Part shown: one piece after another, positions 40,901 through 50,512 of the stretch
Layout of the letters: each line of letters starts with the position of its first letter
Numbering within the stretch: the stretch's first letter is position 1
Assembly (NCBI GenBank): GCA_902593945.1
Contig: CACJKA010000002.1
Coordinates: 80,807-144,806 of the forward strand
Length of the DNA stretch: 64,000 nt
Direction: 5' to 3'
Source of the DNA: an uncultured Candidatus Poseidoniales archaeon
GTDB taxonomy: Archaea; Thermoplasmatota; Poseidoniia; Poseidoniales; Thalassarchaeaceae
Made by a program: the position numbers and the translations under genes
Notes under the pieces: model-generated
Seen by the model: the letters and a program-made list of their open reading frames with translations, nothing else
The model's database searches: none
What the model was told of the DNA's origin: nothing

Positions 40901-41608
40901 GTAGTAGATTCGTTGCCAATACCTACACCAAAGGCCCAGCCTCTTGCAGAAGCAATGGTACACGACTACATTGCGACAAGAAGATCTTTGCCAGATAGTT
41001 GCGAAGGAGGTCGGATGAAGGCACGTGTTGGTGGCCACACTGTATATCTAAATCATAGTGCATATGAAGACGGTAGATTAGGTGAGATTATGCTAACCAC
41101 CTCTAAAGAGGGGGCAGCATGGAGGTCTATGCTAAACCAATTTGCAATTGCTGTATCTTTGGGCCTACAACATGGAGTTCCTTTAGAGGCGTTTGTTAAC
41201 TCGTTCACTTTCCAGAAGTTTGAGCCTAGTGGAATGGTAATGGGTGGTAGTGGCCGTGTGAAAATGTCTTCCAGTATTGTAGATTATATATTCAGAGAAT
41301 TAGCCATAAAATATCTAGATAGACATGACTTGTCTCATGTTTCACAAGAAGACTTGGACCCTTATTCAATAAGTAGGCCTGAAATCACAGATGACGGAGT
41401 TGTCAGAAACAAAGGCGAGGTTAGAGAAGTACAACAAACCCTAGGAGCCTTTGAATCTATGGAAGATGCTGCGGCAAAAACAAGAAGGTTAGCTAGGGAA
41501 AGTGGTTTTACTGGTGATATTTGTTCCGATTGTGGCAGTAGTAAAATGCAAAGGAATGGAACTTGTTTGAAGTGTAATGATTGCGGTGCAACTACTGGTT
41601 GTTCCTGA
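37958..41608 (+). CDS. nrdJ: Adenosylcobalamin-dependent (class II) ribonucleotide reductase with C-terminal TSCPD-like domain and Zn ribbon
   Basis: PNSPQWFN, HACFI, SNPCSEY, ACNLASINL, IAPTGTI, ISKTINMP and terminal CSDC...CNDCG.TTGCS. Confidence 0.96.
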   Translation: MQTKIKDKSKTTKNEENNENGMIVERRFTTAGEDPFDLFSWISMDVEIRNPDGTMADSVEGVEFPSGFEGVPGKIAAQKYLRKAGVPTYLRKVAEDGIPVWLQRSEPDHEKLQTLDPKERFGGETHGRNLFRRLAGTWTYWGYKYGYFASEADARAYFDEMCYLIASQRSAPNSPQWFNTGLHWAYGIEGPAQGHHYVDPSTGVLSLSENAYEHPQPHACFIQSVSDSLVGGTSSIMGLWNREALLFKFGSGTGSNFSNIRGAGEPLSGGGSSSGLLSFLKIGDRAAGAIKSGGTTRRAAKMVTLDLDHPDIEEYIDWKSSEEEKVSALVIGSNILQKHANSLMEAIWQHEENDTRLDQSENLALRKSIVKAIKDNVPQPHIQRILDLAKQGWKGVDFECFDTNWQGEAYMSVSGQNSNNSVRVPNSFMDAVKNGGNWNLVWRTEKDKAAEENREPEACKVLDAGELWDKIAYTAWACADPGVQFDTTINEWHTCPEGGRINGSNPCSEYMFLDDTACNLASINLLHYYNLDNQTFQIEDFKHSVRLWTATLEISVLMAQFPSAEIAQKSYDYRTLGLGYCNIGSLLMHMGIPYDDERAYAICGALTAIMCGESYATSAEIASILGPYPDYERNAEHMLRVMRNHRRAAYDAPGDEYEGLSVLPRGINAKKCPQDLLLAARDAWDRALREGEEHGYRNAQTTVIAPTGTIGLVMGCDTTGVEPQFSLVQYKTLAGGGSLRIINKGVTMALRRLGYSDKQTKNIEEFVMGTKSLNGCPHLSYDTLKSLGFTSAQIKNIETKLPDVFDIRSAFSPSILGEEMCVETLGMTEDQVRDDFFDVLEHLGLDSTQINAANDYVLGRGTIEGAPGLKDEHLPVFDCATPGGKYGIRSIDWPAHVHMMAAAQPFISGAISKTINMPSNSTVSEIKDAYDLSFSTMIKACAVYRDCSKLSQPLMNQLVDSSALEEEEEEEVIIVQKMVEQVVDSLPIPTPKAQPLAEAMVHDYIATRRSLPDSCEGGRMKARVGGHTVYLNHSAYEDGRLGEIMLTTSKEGAAWRSMLNQFAIAVSLGLQHGVPLEAFVNSFTFQKFEPSGMVMGGSGRVKMSSSIVDYIFRELAIKYLDRHDLSHVSQEDLDPYSISRPEITDDGVVRNKGEVREVQQTLGAFESMEDAAAKTRRLARESGFTGDICSDCGSSKMQRNGTCLKCNDCGATTGCS

Positions 41609-42938
41609 TTATATCTCCTAAATCACTATTTCGTAACGTAACACGATTGACTAGATCCCCATGCGATATTTTGTCTAAATCATATATTTTCATTGAAATA
41701 TCAAGAAATGATTTTTCATTTATTTTAGCAATTTCAATTAACATTCCAGATAACTGCGACCTAGACTCTGAATTACAATTTATCCACAATGTTGGGATCA
41801 ACTCTTCAGAATCATTCGAATCTAAAGAGAGATAATGCCTCAAGCCTGATTCAATTAATCTCTGAAGCATTCGATTGTCTTGTTTTTTAGAAATTTTCTT
41901 TGCAAAATGAATAAACAAGGCCCTATCTAAACGTGCTAAGTTACCCAAATATGTTGTTGATAGGACTCTGGTATCTGAATCTTCATCTTCGATTAAATTT
42001 TCCAATAAAGATACACAAAAATCTCGGTCTTCTGAATCAATTCTAGATAAATTAGATGCTAATCCTCTCCTTAAAATTACTTTTTCGCTGTTACAAATTT
42101 GAAATAAAATCTCTTTTGATAATTCAGGAGTATGAGATAAAGTATGAATTGCCGCCATAAGTAAACTTTCACAATTATTCTGGTTGTAATCTATTATGAG
42201 ATTTTGGACTCTCAAAGGAATATTGAGTAAAGAAGATAGGTGTTTACTAATTGATAATCTTTCAAGCCAATAAGGCAATAATGTATTTTTATGGGTTTGA
42301 TGGAGTTGTAAAATATCTAAAATAGAATTTGCAGCTAATACACCACTGGGGTGTCCGATTTCTTCATAGAAAGCGTCCGCTTGTTTTCCATTCCATGCGA
42401 TTTGGTGAGGTCCTGTTAGCTTTTTTGAAGGCATTTCCCCTGGTTTTCTTGCGAAAATAATTGAATTGAATAAATTGAATCCTTCGGATTCTACAATGTT
42501 AGATCCTTTCAGGCTTAATCCAATTAATGTACTTACTGAAAGATACCATCGGTCTGTGTCAGGAGACTCTTCATCAAGTGCTGAATATAACCAATCTTTA
42601 ATTTGAAGAATTAAAATTCTTTCAGAAATTTCTTCTATGTTTTTAGATAGCCATTTTTCTCTTTCGGCCTCGGGGGCGATATGACGTTTGATGTAACTAG
42701 GTTCAAAATCTTCAGTAACAAGCTCTAATCGGTACAAGAATCCTGCAGTATCTATAGACGAAATTCCTAAAGCTTGGCGATTTAATATATCTAAATTGTT
42801 AGGGGGTTGGGCAGGAAACTCCGGGATTTCTAAAGGAGGGTTTGGTAATGGAAGATATTCAAAAGATAATGATATACATTCACTCAATAACTTATCACAA
42901 CACTCTCGAAGGAGAGCTTTCGCCTCCCTTCTCGACAT
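41592..42938 (-). CDS. Hypothetical protein with C-terminal HEAT-like repeats
   Basis: 448 aa; LIEDEDSDTRVLS-type HEAT motif; starts 12 bp after the tfb stop. Confidence 0.7.
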   Translation of the reverse strand: MSRREAKALLRECCDKLLSECISLSFEYLPLPNPPLEIPEFPAQPPNNLDILNRQALGISSIDTAGFLYRLELVTEDFEPSYIKRHIAPEAEREKWLSKNIEEISERILILQIKDWLYSALDEESPDTDRWYLSVSTLIGLSLKGSNIVESEGFNLFNSIIFARKPGEMPSKKLTGPHQIAWNGKQADAFYEEIGHPSGVLAANSILDILQLHQTHKNTLLPYWLERLSISKHLSSLLNIPLRVQNLIIDYNQNNCESLLMAAIHTLSHTPELSKEILFQICNSEKVILRRGLASNLSRIDSEDRDFCVSLLENLIEDEDSDTRVLSTTYLGNLARLDRALFIHFAKKISKKQDNRMLQRLIESGLRHYLSLDSNDSEELIPTLWINCNSESRSQLSGMLIEIAKINEKSFLDISMKIYDLDKISHGDLVNRVTLRNSDLGDIIRNNQ

Positions 42939-42950
42939 ATTTTCACCAGA

Positions 42951-43877
42951 TTAAATCTCTAGCTCAATATTTAGGTTCTGGATTAATTCCTTGTATCTAT
43001 TCCTAATTGTTACTTCAGTAACTCCTGCCACTTCAGCCACTTCTCTCTGGGTTCTTCTTTTACCACACAATACACTTGCAATATAGATTATTGATGCTGC
43101 AATTCCTGTTGGTCCACGACCACTAGTGAGTTCTTTTTCCTGTGCTGCAGAAATTAATTCATATGCTTTAGATTGGACTTCAGCATCAAGATCCAGTCCT
43201 GAGCAGAATCTTGGAATATAATCTTCCGGCTTGGTTGGAGGAATCTTCATTTTCAACTCACGGACCATGAATCGATATGTACGACCAATTTCTTTCCTAC
43301 CCGTACGGCTCGCTTCACCTATCTCATCAAGAGTTCTTGGATTCTGACACTGTCTGCAAGCGGCATACAAAGAAGCTGCTGCAACACCTTCGATGGAACG
43401 TCCTCGAATAAGTCTGGCTTCAACTGCTTTTTTGTAATTAACAGCCGCTGATTCCCTAATTGATTTCGGAAGGTCCAGGCGGCTTGCCATTCTGTCTAAT
43501 TCGGCAAGAGCCATAGCAAGATTTCTTTCTGTTGCGTTGCTGACACGAGATCTCTTCTGCCATTTTCTCATCCTGTAAAACTGAGACCTATATCGTGAAG
43601 AAATAGATTTACCAGAATAGTCTTTATTTTGCCAATCTATATCTGTTGAGAGCCCTTTGTCGTGTAGCATCACTGTCATCGGTGCGCCAGTACGAGCTCT
43701 TTGGTCGCCCTGTTCTGGACTAAAAACACGCCATTCTGCGCCTTGATCTATTACTTTGTCTTCTAATACTAACCCACAGTCTTCACAAACGACCTCTCCA
43801 CGAGTTTCGTCTCGATTTAAATTACGGCTTCCACATTCATCACATTTCACGGTGTCTTCTACAAGATAATCTGCCAT
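42951..43877 (-). CDS. tfb: Transcription initiation factor IIB
   Basis: Zn ribbon CDECGS...CEDCG, EWRVF, ERNL..AL, RGRSIE and [12 protein letters not shown]. Confidence 0.98.
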   Translation of the reverse strand: MADYLVEDTVKCDECGSRNLNRDETRGEVVCEDCGLVLEDKVIDQGAEWRVFSPEQGDQRARTGAPMTVMLHDKGLSTDIDWQNKDYSGKSISSRYRSQFYRMRKWQKRSRVSNATERNLAMALAELDRMASRLDLPKSIRESAAVNYKKAVEARLIRGRSIEGVAAASLYAACRQCQNPRTLDEIGEASRTGRKEIGRTYRFMVRELKMKIPPTKPEDYIPRFCSGLDLDAEVQSKAYELISAAQEKELTSGRGPTGIAASIIYIASVLCGKRRTQREVAEVAGVTEVTIRNRYKELIQNLNIELEI

Positions 43878-44034
43878 CCCATCACGTCCTCTTTCCTAGG
43901 AAAGGTAAAATATCCCGAATGCCGATGTTATTTAAGGTTAACATATAAATTAGAAAAAAAGAAAGAAGGGGAAAAAAGGAAAATATTGAGAATGGTGATA
44001 TATTACCGGACCATGGCAAGGCTAAAGGAAGGTA

Positions 44035-46035
44035 GTGTGGATGAACGAAAAACTATGGCCTCCTTCGAAAATTTCTTTAAATCCGAATAAAAGAGTTTTA
44101 TTTTTGACAAAGGATTTGGATTTAATCCGAAAACAATTGTATGAAGGATTAGATCTTAAAATGAAAGATTTGACAATTGATGATCTATTAGACGACATAA
44201 ACACAGATGTAATGACTCCTGCATGGGTTTGTTTTGATTATGACCCTTCTAAAATTGCTGAAAATGCATATGCAGGTCTTCTACATGATGGTCGAAGAGT
44301 TTTCGATGCTCATGCATTGAAAAGTGGTAATTTTGAAGTTATTGTTTCAGGCCATAGGAAAGGAACGGGGTCCAGTAGAGAAACTGCGCCACAGTGCGAA
44401 AAATGGTCAGGGATTAGAATTGTAATTGCAGCATCATTCGCCCCAATACATGAAAGGAACAATATAAATTTGGGGCAATTAATGGGCGATCATTCTATGC
44501 TGCAGAGATTGCAAGGTGGAGAAAGTATTGATTTGGAAGAATTTACAAATAAATATGATCCGGTGACTAGAATGATACTAGAAAATGGAGGAATTTTTCC
44601 ATTTGCAAAAAAACTTACTGCGGGGGAGATTAAACTTCCAGAAATTAATAAAATCTCACGACCGATGACTATAGCTGAGAAAATTATTTCTAAAAAATTA
44701 ATTTCTGAGGATTCGACTAAAGGATTTGTCAAACCAGGAGATGCGGTGTTAGCATCAGTAGATGGAGGTTATTCTCATGAATTTACTACCGCACAAGTTC
44801 ACGAGTTTCTAAAATCTGAATATGGCGACGAATATAAAATTCCTAATCCTCCAAAATTTGCTGTATTTGAAGATCATTTATTGTATGCAACTGGTGTGCC
44901 AAGATTTGGTAAATTCGAAGAAAAAATTCAAACTTTAAGAGATATGCAGAATGATTTTCAAAGACATACAGGAGTTAGAGATTATTCCGCAGTTAATGGG
45001 ATTTCTCCTGGCATATGTCACCAAGTTGCAAGAGAAGAATTTATTGATGTTGGAGATTTTATTCAAGCGACAGATAGTCATACCTGTATGGGGGGTGCGA
45101 GTAATGCATTGACGTATGGAGTAGGATCTACCGAATATGCGAACTTGATTCATAATCAATTTGCATTTGTGAAAGTTCCAGAAAGTATCAGATTTAATCT
45201 AGTAGGTAGACTTCATTCTGGATGTACTGCTAAAGATGTTATATTGCATATTTTATGGAAGTATGCTGCAAAATCGGAAACCCTCGATAGAAGTATGGAA
45301 TTTGGTGGGCCGGGCCTCTCAAGTTTGTCAATGGATGAAAGAGCTACTTTGTGCAACATGGCAACGGAATGTAGTGCCAAAACAGGAATATGCGACCCTG
45401 ACGATTTAACTGTAGAATGGTTAATGGAAAGAAGAAGTGAATTAACAAGAGAAGATATCATGGAAGCTTTTGTTACGGCAGATGAAGGAGCAGTGTACCA
45501 TGGAGGAGTTCATACAATAGATTTAGATGAAATTAAACCAATGGTGGCACATCCAGGAGATCCTGACAAAGGAATACCATCTGACCCAACAAATGGAGCC
45601 TATATCGACGAGTTGGGGATTGTAAATATTGACATTGCATATGCCGGCTCATGTACTGCAGGGAAAGATGATGATTTTGCATATTATGCAGAGGTGACAA
45701 AGGCGGCCCTAGATGCTGGATTAAAAGTTGCAGAGGGCGTAGATTGTTATATTCAGTTTGGTTCAAAAACGGTAAAAGAATTGTCGGAAAAAAACGGGTG
45801 GACAAAAATGTTTGAAGATGCGGGTGTGAAATTAATTGATCCGGGTTGTGGCGCTTGTATAGGAGCCGGGCCGGGGGTAAGCGATAATGATGAACAAGTT
45901 TCTATTTCGGCAATAAATCGAAACTTCCAAGGTAGGTCTGGTCCAGGAAAACTCTACTTAGCAAGTCCACTTACAGTTATGGCTAGCGCATTTACAGGGC
46001 ATATTACTGCGTGGAGTCCGGACCTGTTTTCTTAG
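44035..46035 (+). CDS. Aconitase-family dehydratase with the swivel (LeuD-like) domain fused N-terminal to the [4Fe-4S] (LeuC-like) domains
   Basis: DDINTD and GTGSSRE at the N-terminus, then MTIAEKI, EDH, GICHQ, DSHTC, GSCT, CGACIG, NRNF.GR and LASP. Confidence 0.9.
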   Translation: MWMNEKLWPPSKISLNPNKRVLFLTKDLDLIRKQLYEGLDLKMKDLTIDDLLDDINTDVMTPAWVCFDYDPSKIAENAYAGLLHDGRRVFDAHALKSGNFEVIVSGHRKGTGSSRETAPQCEKWSGIRIVIAASFAPIHERNNINLGQLMGDHSMLQRLQGGESIDLEEFTNKYDPVTRMILENGGIFPFAKKLTAGEIKLPEINKISRPMTIAEKIISKKLISEDSTKGFVKPGDAVLASVDGGYSHEFTTAQVHEFLKSEYGDEYKIPNPPKFAVFEDHLLYATGVPRFGKFEEKIQTLRDMQNDFQRHTGVRDYSAVNGISPGICHQVAREEFIDVGDFIQATDSHTCMGGASNALTYGVGSTEYANLIHNQFAFVKVPESIRFNLVGRLHSGCTAKDVILHILWKYAAKSETLDRSMEFGGPGLSSLSMDERATLCNMATECSAKTGICDPDDLTVEWLMERRSELTREDIMEAFVTADEGAVYHGGVHTIDLDEIKPMVAHPGDPDKGIPSDPTNGAYIDELGIVNIDIAYAGSCTAGKDDDFAYYAEVTKAALDAGLKVAEGVDCYIQFGSKTVKELSEKNGWTKMFEDAGVKLIDPGCGACIGAGPGVSDNDEQVSISAINRNFQGRSGPGKLYLASPLTVMASAFTGHITAWSPDLFS

Positions 46036-46324
46036 AAAGGAGGCTCGAAAACCCCCAAATGGCAGCAATGAACCAAGCAATTTCTAAAATTAGAAATGCC
46101 CATTCATCAATAAAATAAGCGCGCACTGCTAACAAACCTGAACCTAATGCCATCAATCCCAAGTAGGGTGCCGCCTTACTTTGAAGGATGTCTCTTGTCT
46201 CCAAAAAGAATGCTGTTAAAATTAATATCATACCAATATAAGCAATCGATTCGCCACGAATAAAGTCAGCAAGGGCATCAATCATGACCTTTCTAAAATC
46301 GTCGAAAATATAGTCTTTCTTCAT
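46004..46324 (-). CDS. Small membrane protein (CBU_0592-like)
   Basis: Three hydrophobic segments and FLILEIAW. The start may be ATG 46285. Confidence 0.65.
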   Translation of the reverse strand: MKKDYIFDDFRKVMIDALADFIRGESIAYIGMILILTAFFLETRDILQSKAAPYLGLMALGSGLLAVRAYFIDEWAFLILEIAWFIAAIWGFSSLLSKKTGPDSTQ

Positions 46325-46399
46325 TTATACAAGCGCATGTTTCAATAGCCTATCGAGTCCCCATGCACTCATCACAAGTTGGCCCCAGGTCATTAGGAC

Positions 46400-48496
46400 A
46401 TGGGAGGACCAAGTGGAGGGAACATTATGGTGGATGCACGAGATATATCCGGAAAACAAAAACAAATTGCAGTTAGTGAGTTCTTTGAAAAAAATAAACA
46501 CTTTCTAGGATTCGATTCCCTTCAAAGATCTTTGATTACAGCAGTTAAAGAATCAGTTGATAATTCATTGGATGCTTGTGAAGAAGCAAGAATATTGCCA
46601 AATATTGTAGTAGAAATTAATAGATTAAAGGGTGAAGATATAGAATTAATCACACAAGACAATGGTCCAGGGATACCAAGAGACGCTATAGAAAATGTGT
46701 TTGGTAAATTCCTATTAGGTTCAAGATTTCATGCTATTAGACAGACTAGAGGGCAACAAGGTATTGGAATCACAGGAGTTGTAATGTACGCACAGCTGAC
46801 AACTGGTGCCAAAACTCGTGTTATTTCAAAAATTGCAACAGATTCATCAGCAGTATTTGTAGAATTAGGACTAGATACAAGAAAGAATAAAGCAATAAAA
46901 TCGAAAGAAAGAAGAGAGGTTTGGATTGATGAAGGCACTGGAGAAGAAATTAGGCATGGATTGAAAATATCGACTATAATGAAAGCAAAATATCAGCGCG
47001 GTAAACAATCTGTATATCAATATCTTAGGATGACATCAATTGTAAACCCTCATGCAACTATTAGTCTAATTGTTAGAGGTAAAGATGGAGAGGTTCTGGA
47101 AGAAGGAAAATGGATTCGAACCAGTGAAAAACTACCTAGAGTGGTAGAGGAAATTAAACCCCATCCGCACGGAATACAGTTAGGCACTTTACAAAGAATG
47201 TTAAGAGAATCGGAACAGAGAAAAATGACATCTTTCCTCAGACATAATTTTTCTGGCGTCAGTGTCAGAGCCGCAAAAGAGGTTCTAGCTGTTTCTGAAA
47301 TCGAAGATGAAAGGGTCCCAAAAAGGATTAATTCTGAAGATGCAAAAAAATTAATCGCATCTTTTCAGAAAGTAAAATTACTCCCTCCGCCTACGGATTG
47401 TCTATCACCAATTGATGATTTATTAATTAAGAAAGGTCTCTCAAAGGCTATTGATTCAAGATTCGCATCAACAGTGACGAGGCTCCCTGCAGTCAGTCAA
47501 GGCAATCCATTTCAGATAGAAGTTGGACTTGTTTTCGGAGGAGATATCTCTGCAGATGGTCCAATAGAAGTTCTTCGATTTGCCAATAGGGTCCCTTTAA
47601 TGTATCAGCAAGGGGGTTGTGCATTAACCAAAGCAATAGAATCTATTGATTGGAAAAGATATGGATTGGACCACCCAGGAGGTAAAGGATTGCCTAAGGG
47701 TGCTGCTGCAGTACTGATACATCTCGCATCTACTAATGTTCAATTCACCAGTGAAGCAAAAGAAGCAGTAGCAGATAATGAAGAAGTGTTTGATGAAATA
47801 AGAAAGGGGCTTTTGGAAGTAGGAAGAGGGTTGAAGAACCATCTAAAAAAGAAGGATCAACGCAAAAAGGCGAAAGAAAAATTCGAATTAGTGAATGTCA
47901 TTCTTCCAGAAATCGCAAAGAAAACTTCAAAGATATTAGGAAGAAATGAGCCAGATTTAGCGCCGGTAATAACTCAAATAATGAATGCAGTATTTTGTGA
48001 AGAAGAATTGAGTTGGGATAAGGAAAGAAAGCTTGCAACATGCTCAATTAAAATTTTTAATTATACTGCAAGGGCTCGTGCCTACACAATTCTGCTTAAA
48101 TGGCCTGAAAATGAGAATGTTTCAATGGTTGAAAACTCCAATGGAGGGAGGAAAGAGGCGCGAGGTATTTGGGCGTGGCGTCTTGATACTCTAAATCCAG
48201 GAACTTCAACAACAATTAGCGTGGCACTTTCGGGACTCAGTAAAGGAGATTGGACCGATACAGATGTTTTCTTTAGAGGAAATGGAGATATTATTGGTGC
48301 GACCAAGATTGATGAGAAAATACTTGAAGAAATACGGAAAAGTGAAGCATTGTCTGCAATCCGAAACGAGATTTCTGAATCAGAGATTCAAGAAATTAAT
48401 GATGTGGAAACGAAAGATTTGGAGTTCGATAACGAGGAAGAAATACGTACGGATGGTATCAATATTTTCGCTGATTTTGAGGAGGGGTCTGAATGA
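46400..48496 (+). CDS. top6B: DNA topoisomerase VI subunit B
   Basis: EFFEKNKHFLGF, ESVDNSLDA, DNGPGI, RGQQGIG, RFANRVPL and FTSEAKEA, plus a C-terminal extension. Confidence 0.97.
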   Translation: MGGPSGGNIMVDARDISGKQKQIAVSEFFEKNKHFLGFDSLQRSLITAVKESVDNSLDACEEARILPNIVVEINRLKGEDIELITQDNGPGIPRDAIENVFGKFLLGSRFHAIRQTRGQQGIGITGVVMYAQLTTGAKTRVISKIATDSSAVFVELGLDTRKNKAIKSKERREVWIDEGTGEEIRHGLKISTIMKAKYQRGKQSVYQYLRMTSIVNPHATISLIVRGKDGEVLEEGKWIRTSEKLPRVVEEIKPHPHGIQLGTLQRMLRESEQRKMTSFLRHNFSGVSVRAAKEVLAVSEIEDERVPKRINSEDAKKLIASFQKVKLLPPPTDCLSPIDDLLIKKGLSKAIDSRFASTVTRLPAVSQGNPFQIEVGLVFGGDISADGPIEVLRFANRVPLMYQQGGCALTKAIESIDWKRYGLDHPGGKGLPKGAAAVLIHLASTNVQFTSEAKEAVADNEEVFDEIRKGLLEVGRGLKNHLKKKDQRKKAKEKFELVNVILPEIAKKTSKILGRNEPDLAPVITQIMNAVFCEEELSWDKERKLATCSIKIFNYTARARAYTILLKWPENENVSMVENSNGGRKEARGIWAWRLDTLNPGTSTTISVALSGLSKGDWTDTDVFFRGNGDIIGATKIDEKILEEIRKSEALSAIRNEISESEIQEINDVETKDLEFDNEEEIRTDGINIFADFEEGSE

Positions 48497-49602
48497 GTGG
48501 CGTGGGACAAAGAAAAACAAAAGATGAGGTAAAGGAAGCGCTGAAAGGAATAGCTGCAGAGATGCATAACAAAATGGAAAGAGGAGTTCCTCCATCTATG
48601 ACGCTTCCAGTTAGAGCAAAAACAAATATTGGGTTTGATAATAAATTGGGTGTTTACAAATATGGTAAGAAGAAAAGTACTAGAGATGCAACAAGTCTTG
48701 GCTCGGCAAGACAGTTGTTAAGATCGTTACACGTAACTGAATTTATTGAGCAAATGATAGATTCTGGTAAGTCATCTACACTGAGAGAAATGTACTATAT
48801 TAGTGAAGCGTGGGGTCATGGAAAATTCGGCTCACAGAATGAAAGTAATAATTTGGCTGAGGATTTGGAAATTGTAACCAAATGTCTTCGTGAGGATTTT
48901 AAGTTGCGTCCTGAAGAAGATGGTGCGAGAATAATCGGTAATGTCACCTTTGAAGAAAGGAACCGGAAAGGAGATTGGATGAGGATAAATTGTAGAGATG
49001 ATGTAGGAGATTCTGGCTATGGCGTTCCATATAATGTGGAGTCAGAAAAATTAACTTTAGTTGAAGAAGATGTTGATTTCATAATGGCGATTGAAACGGG
49101 CGGTATGTTCGATAGACTTGTAGAAAATGGCTTTGATGAGGAAGCAAGATGTGCTTTAATTCATCTTAAGGGGCAACCAGCAAGGTCTACTAGAAGAATC
49201 ATGAAAAGGATGAGTCAGGAGTGGAATAAGCCAATTATTGTTTTCGCCGATTGCGATCCGTGGTCTTTTAGAATATATGCAAGTATAGCATATGGGGCTA
49301 TTAAAACCGCTCATATTTCGGAATATTTAGCGACCAAAGGGGCTCAATATTTGGGAATAACGGCAGACGATATTTTGGCTTATGATTTGCCGAGCGATGA
49401 TCTTACAAAACAGGATCTTAGCGCGTTGGATTCTGAACTAACGGATCCACGTTTTAATACGGGATACTGGAAAGATCAAATTAATTTAATGAAAGAAATT
49501 GGGAAAAAGGCTGAACAACAGTCTTTGGCAAAATATGGTCTTGATTTCGTTACAGACACATATCTGCCTGAGAAACTTAAAGAAATTGGTTTAGGTTATT
49601 AA
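48493..49602 (+). CDS. top6A: DNA topoisomerase VI subunit A
   Basis: TLREMYY, IETGGMF, KGQP.RSTR, DCDPW and KAEQQ. Confidence 0.97.
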   Translation: MSGVGQRKTKDEVKEALKGIAAEMHNKMERGVPPSMTLPVRAKTNIGFDNKLGVYKYGKKKSTRDATSLGSARQLLRSLHVTEFIEQMIDSGKSSTLREMYYISEAWGHGKFGSQNESNNLAEDLEIVTKCLREDFKLRPEEDGARIIGNVTFEERNRKGDWMRINCRDDVGDSGYGVPYNVESEKLTLVEEDVDFIMAIETGGMFDRLVENGFDEEARCALIHLKGQPARSTRRIMKRMSQEWNKPIIVFADCDPWSFRIYASIAYGAIKTAHISEYLATKGAQYLGITADDILAYDLPSDDLTKQDLSALDSELTDPRFNTGYWKDQINLMKEIGKKAEQQSLAKYGLDFVTDTYLPEKLKEIGLGY

Positions 49603-49616
49603 TTGCCAAATCTGAA

Positions 49617-50429
49617 ATGTGGACCCCACTGGCTACAGTCATGATGAGTGGGGCCAAGGTCTGGGTAAAGCGCCTCACCGGTCTTTCAATAATTTTAATT
49701 TTAATTTTTGTTGCGACTTACAGTGACTCTACCGACAAAATTATTGAAAGAATGAATGTTGAAGAAAATAATTTATTGGAATTGGAAGGAGGAGCAGAAG
49801 GGGCTGTGGAATTAGAGAAATTGGGACTCTATACCGTTGTCACATTGGAAGGAAAAGAATTACTAGAGAATGAAATTAAATTAGTAAATCAAGAAGGTAA
49901 AGAAATTGAAGGCGTAGTGCCCAATTCGATTGAAAAAATGAATAAAAGACCCGATTCAAGTGGTAAGTTAGTTTATGTTCCTGTAATGATTTTTGACGTT
50001 CCCGAAAATGCGGAATATCAATTGCTTAATGAAGGAAATAATACACTATGGATTCTAGATGATTTAGAAATACAATCTAGTTTAATTTCAGACACTACAA
50101 TATTGGTCTCAATGCTTAGTTGTTGTTTGGGATTCCCTCTAGGGATAATTGCATTAATTGGCGGATTATTAGTCTGGAGAAAGAAGAATAAGCCACAACA
50201 AAAATTATTGATTAAAGAAGAAATAATGACCACCGATCAATTGTTTAAACAATATAATTCAACTGTTAAAGAAGATGTTCCCGCTCCTTTTGTAGATTTG
50301 GAAAAAGTAACTACAAGCGATTTGCTAGATGATAAGGTTTCATCGAACGGCATGGGAGGTCATGGAGAGGAAGATGATGACAATAATCAACAAAGTGCAA
50401 AATGGAAAAATTGGGACGATGGAGATTAA
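49617..50429 (+). CDS. Hypothetical membrane protein
   Basis: N-terminal TM segment, beta-rich domain, second TM segment and an acidic tail ending WKNWDDGD. Confidence 0.7.
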   Translation: MWTPLATVMMSGAKVWVKRLTGLSIILILIFVATYSDSTDKIIERMNVEENNLLELEGGAEGAVELEKLGLYTVVTLEGKELLENEIKLVNQEGKEIEGVVPNSIEKMNKRPDSSGKLVYVPVMIFDVPENAEYQLLNEGNNTLWILDDLEIQSSLISDTTILVSMLSCCLGFPLGIIALIGGLLVWRKKNKPQQKLLIKEEIMTTDQLFKQYNSTVKEDVPAPFVDLEKVTTSDLLDDKVSSNGMGGHGEEDDDNNQQSAKWKNWDDGD

Positions 50430-50512
50430 TAAAAACGCCCTTTCTCACTTTGATATAATTAAATGGGTTTTTAGATAGCCCATGACTACCCAACTTTGAG
50501 TTGGTAAGTGGC

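Noticed and set aside
37958..41608. Intein in the long NrdJ
   Set aside because: No C...HN/C splice junctions or LAGLIDADG motifs were seen. The length is explained by the long class II form with its C-terminal domain.
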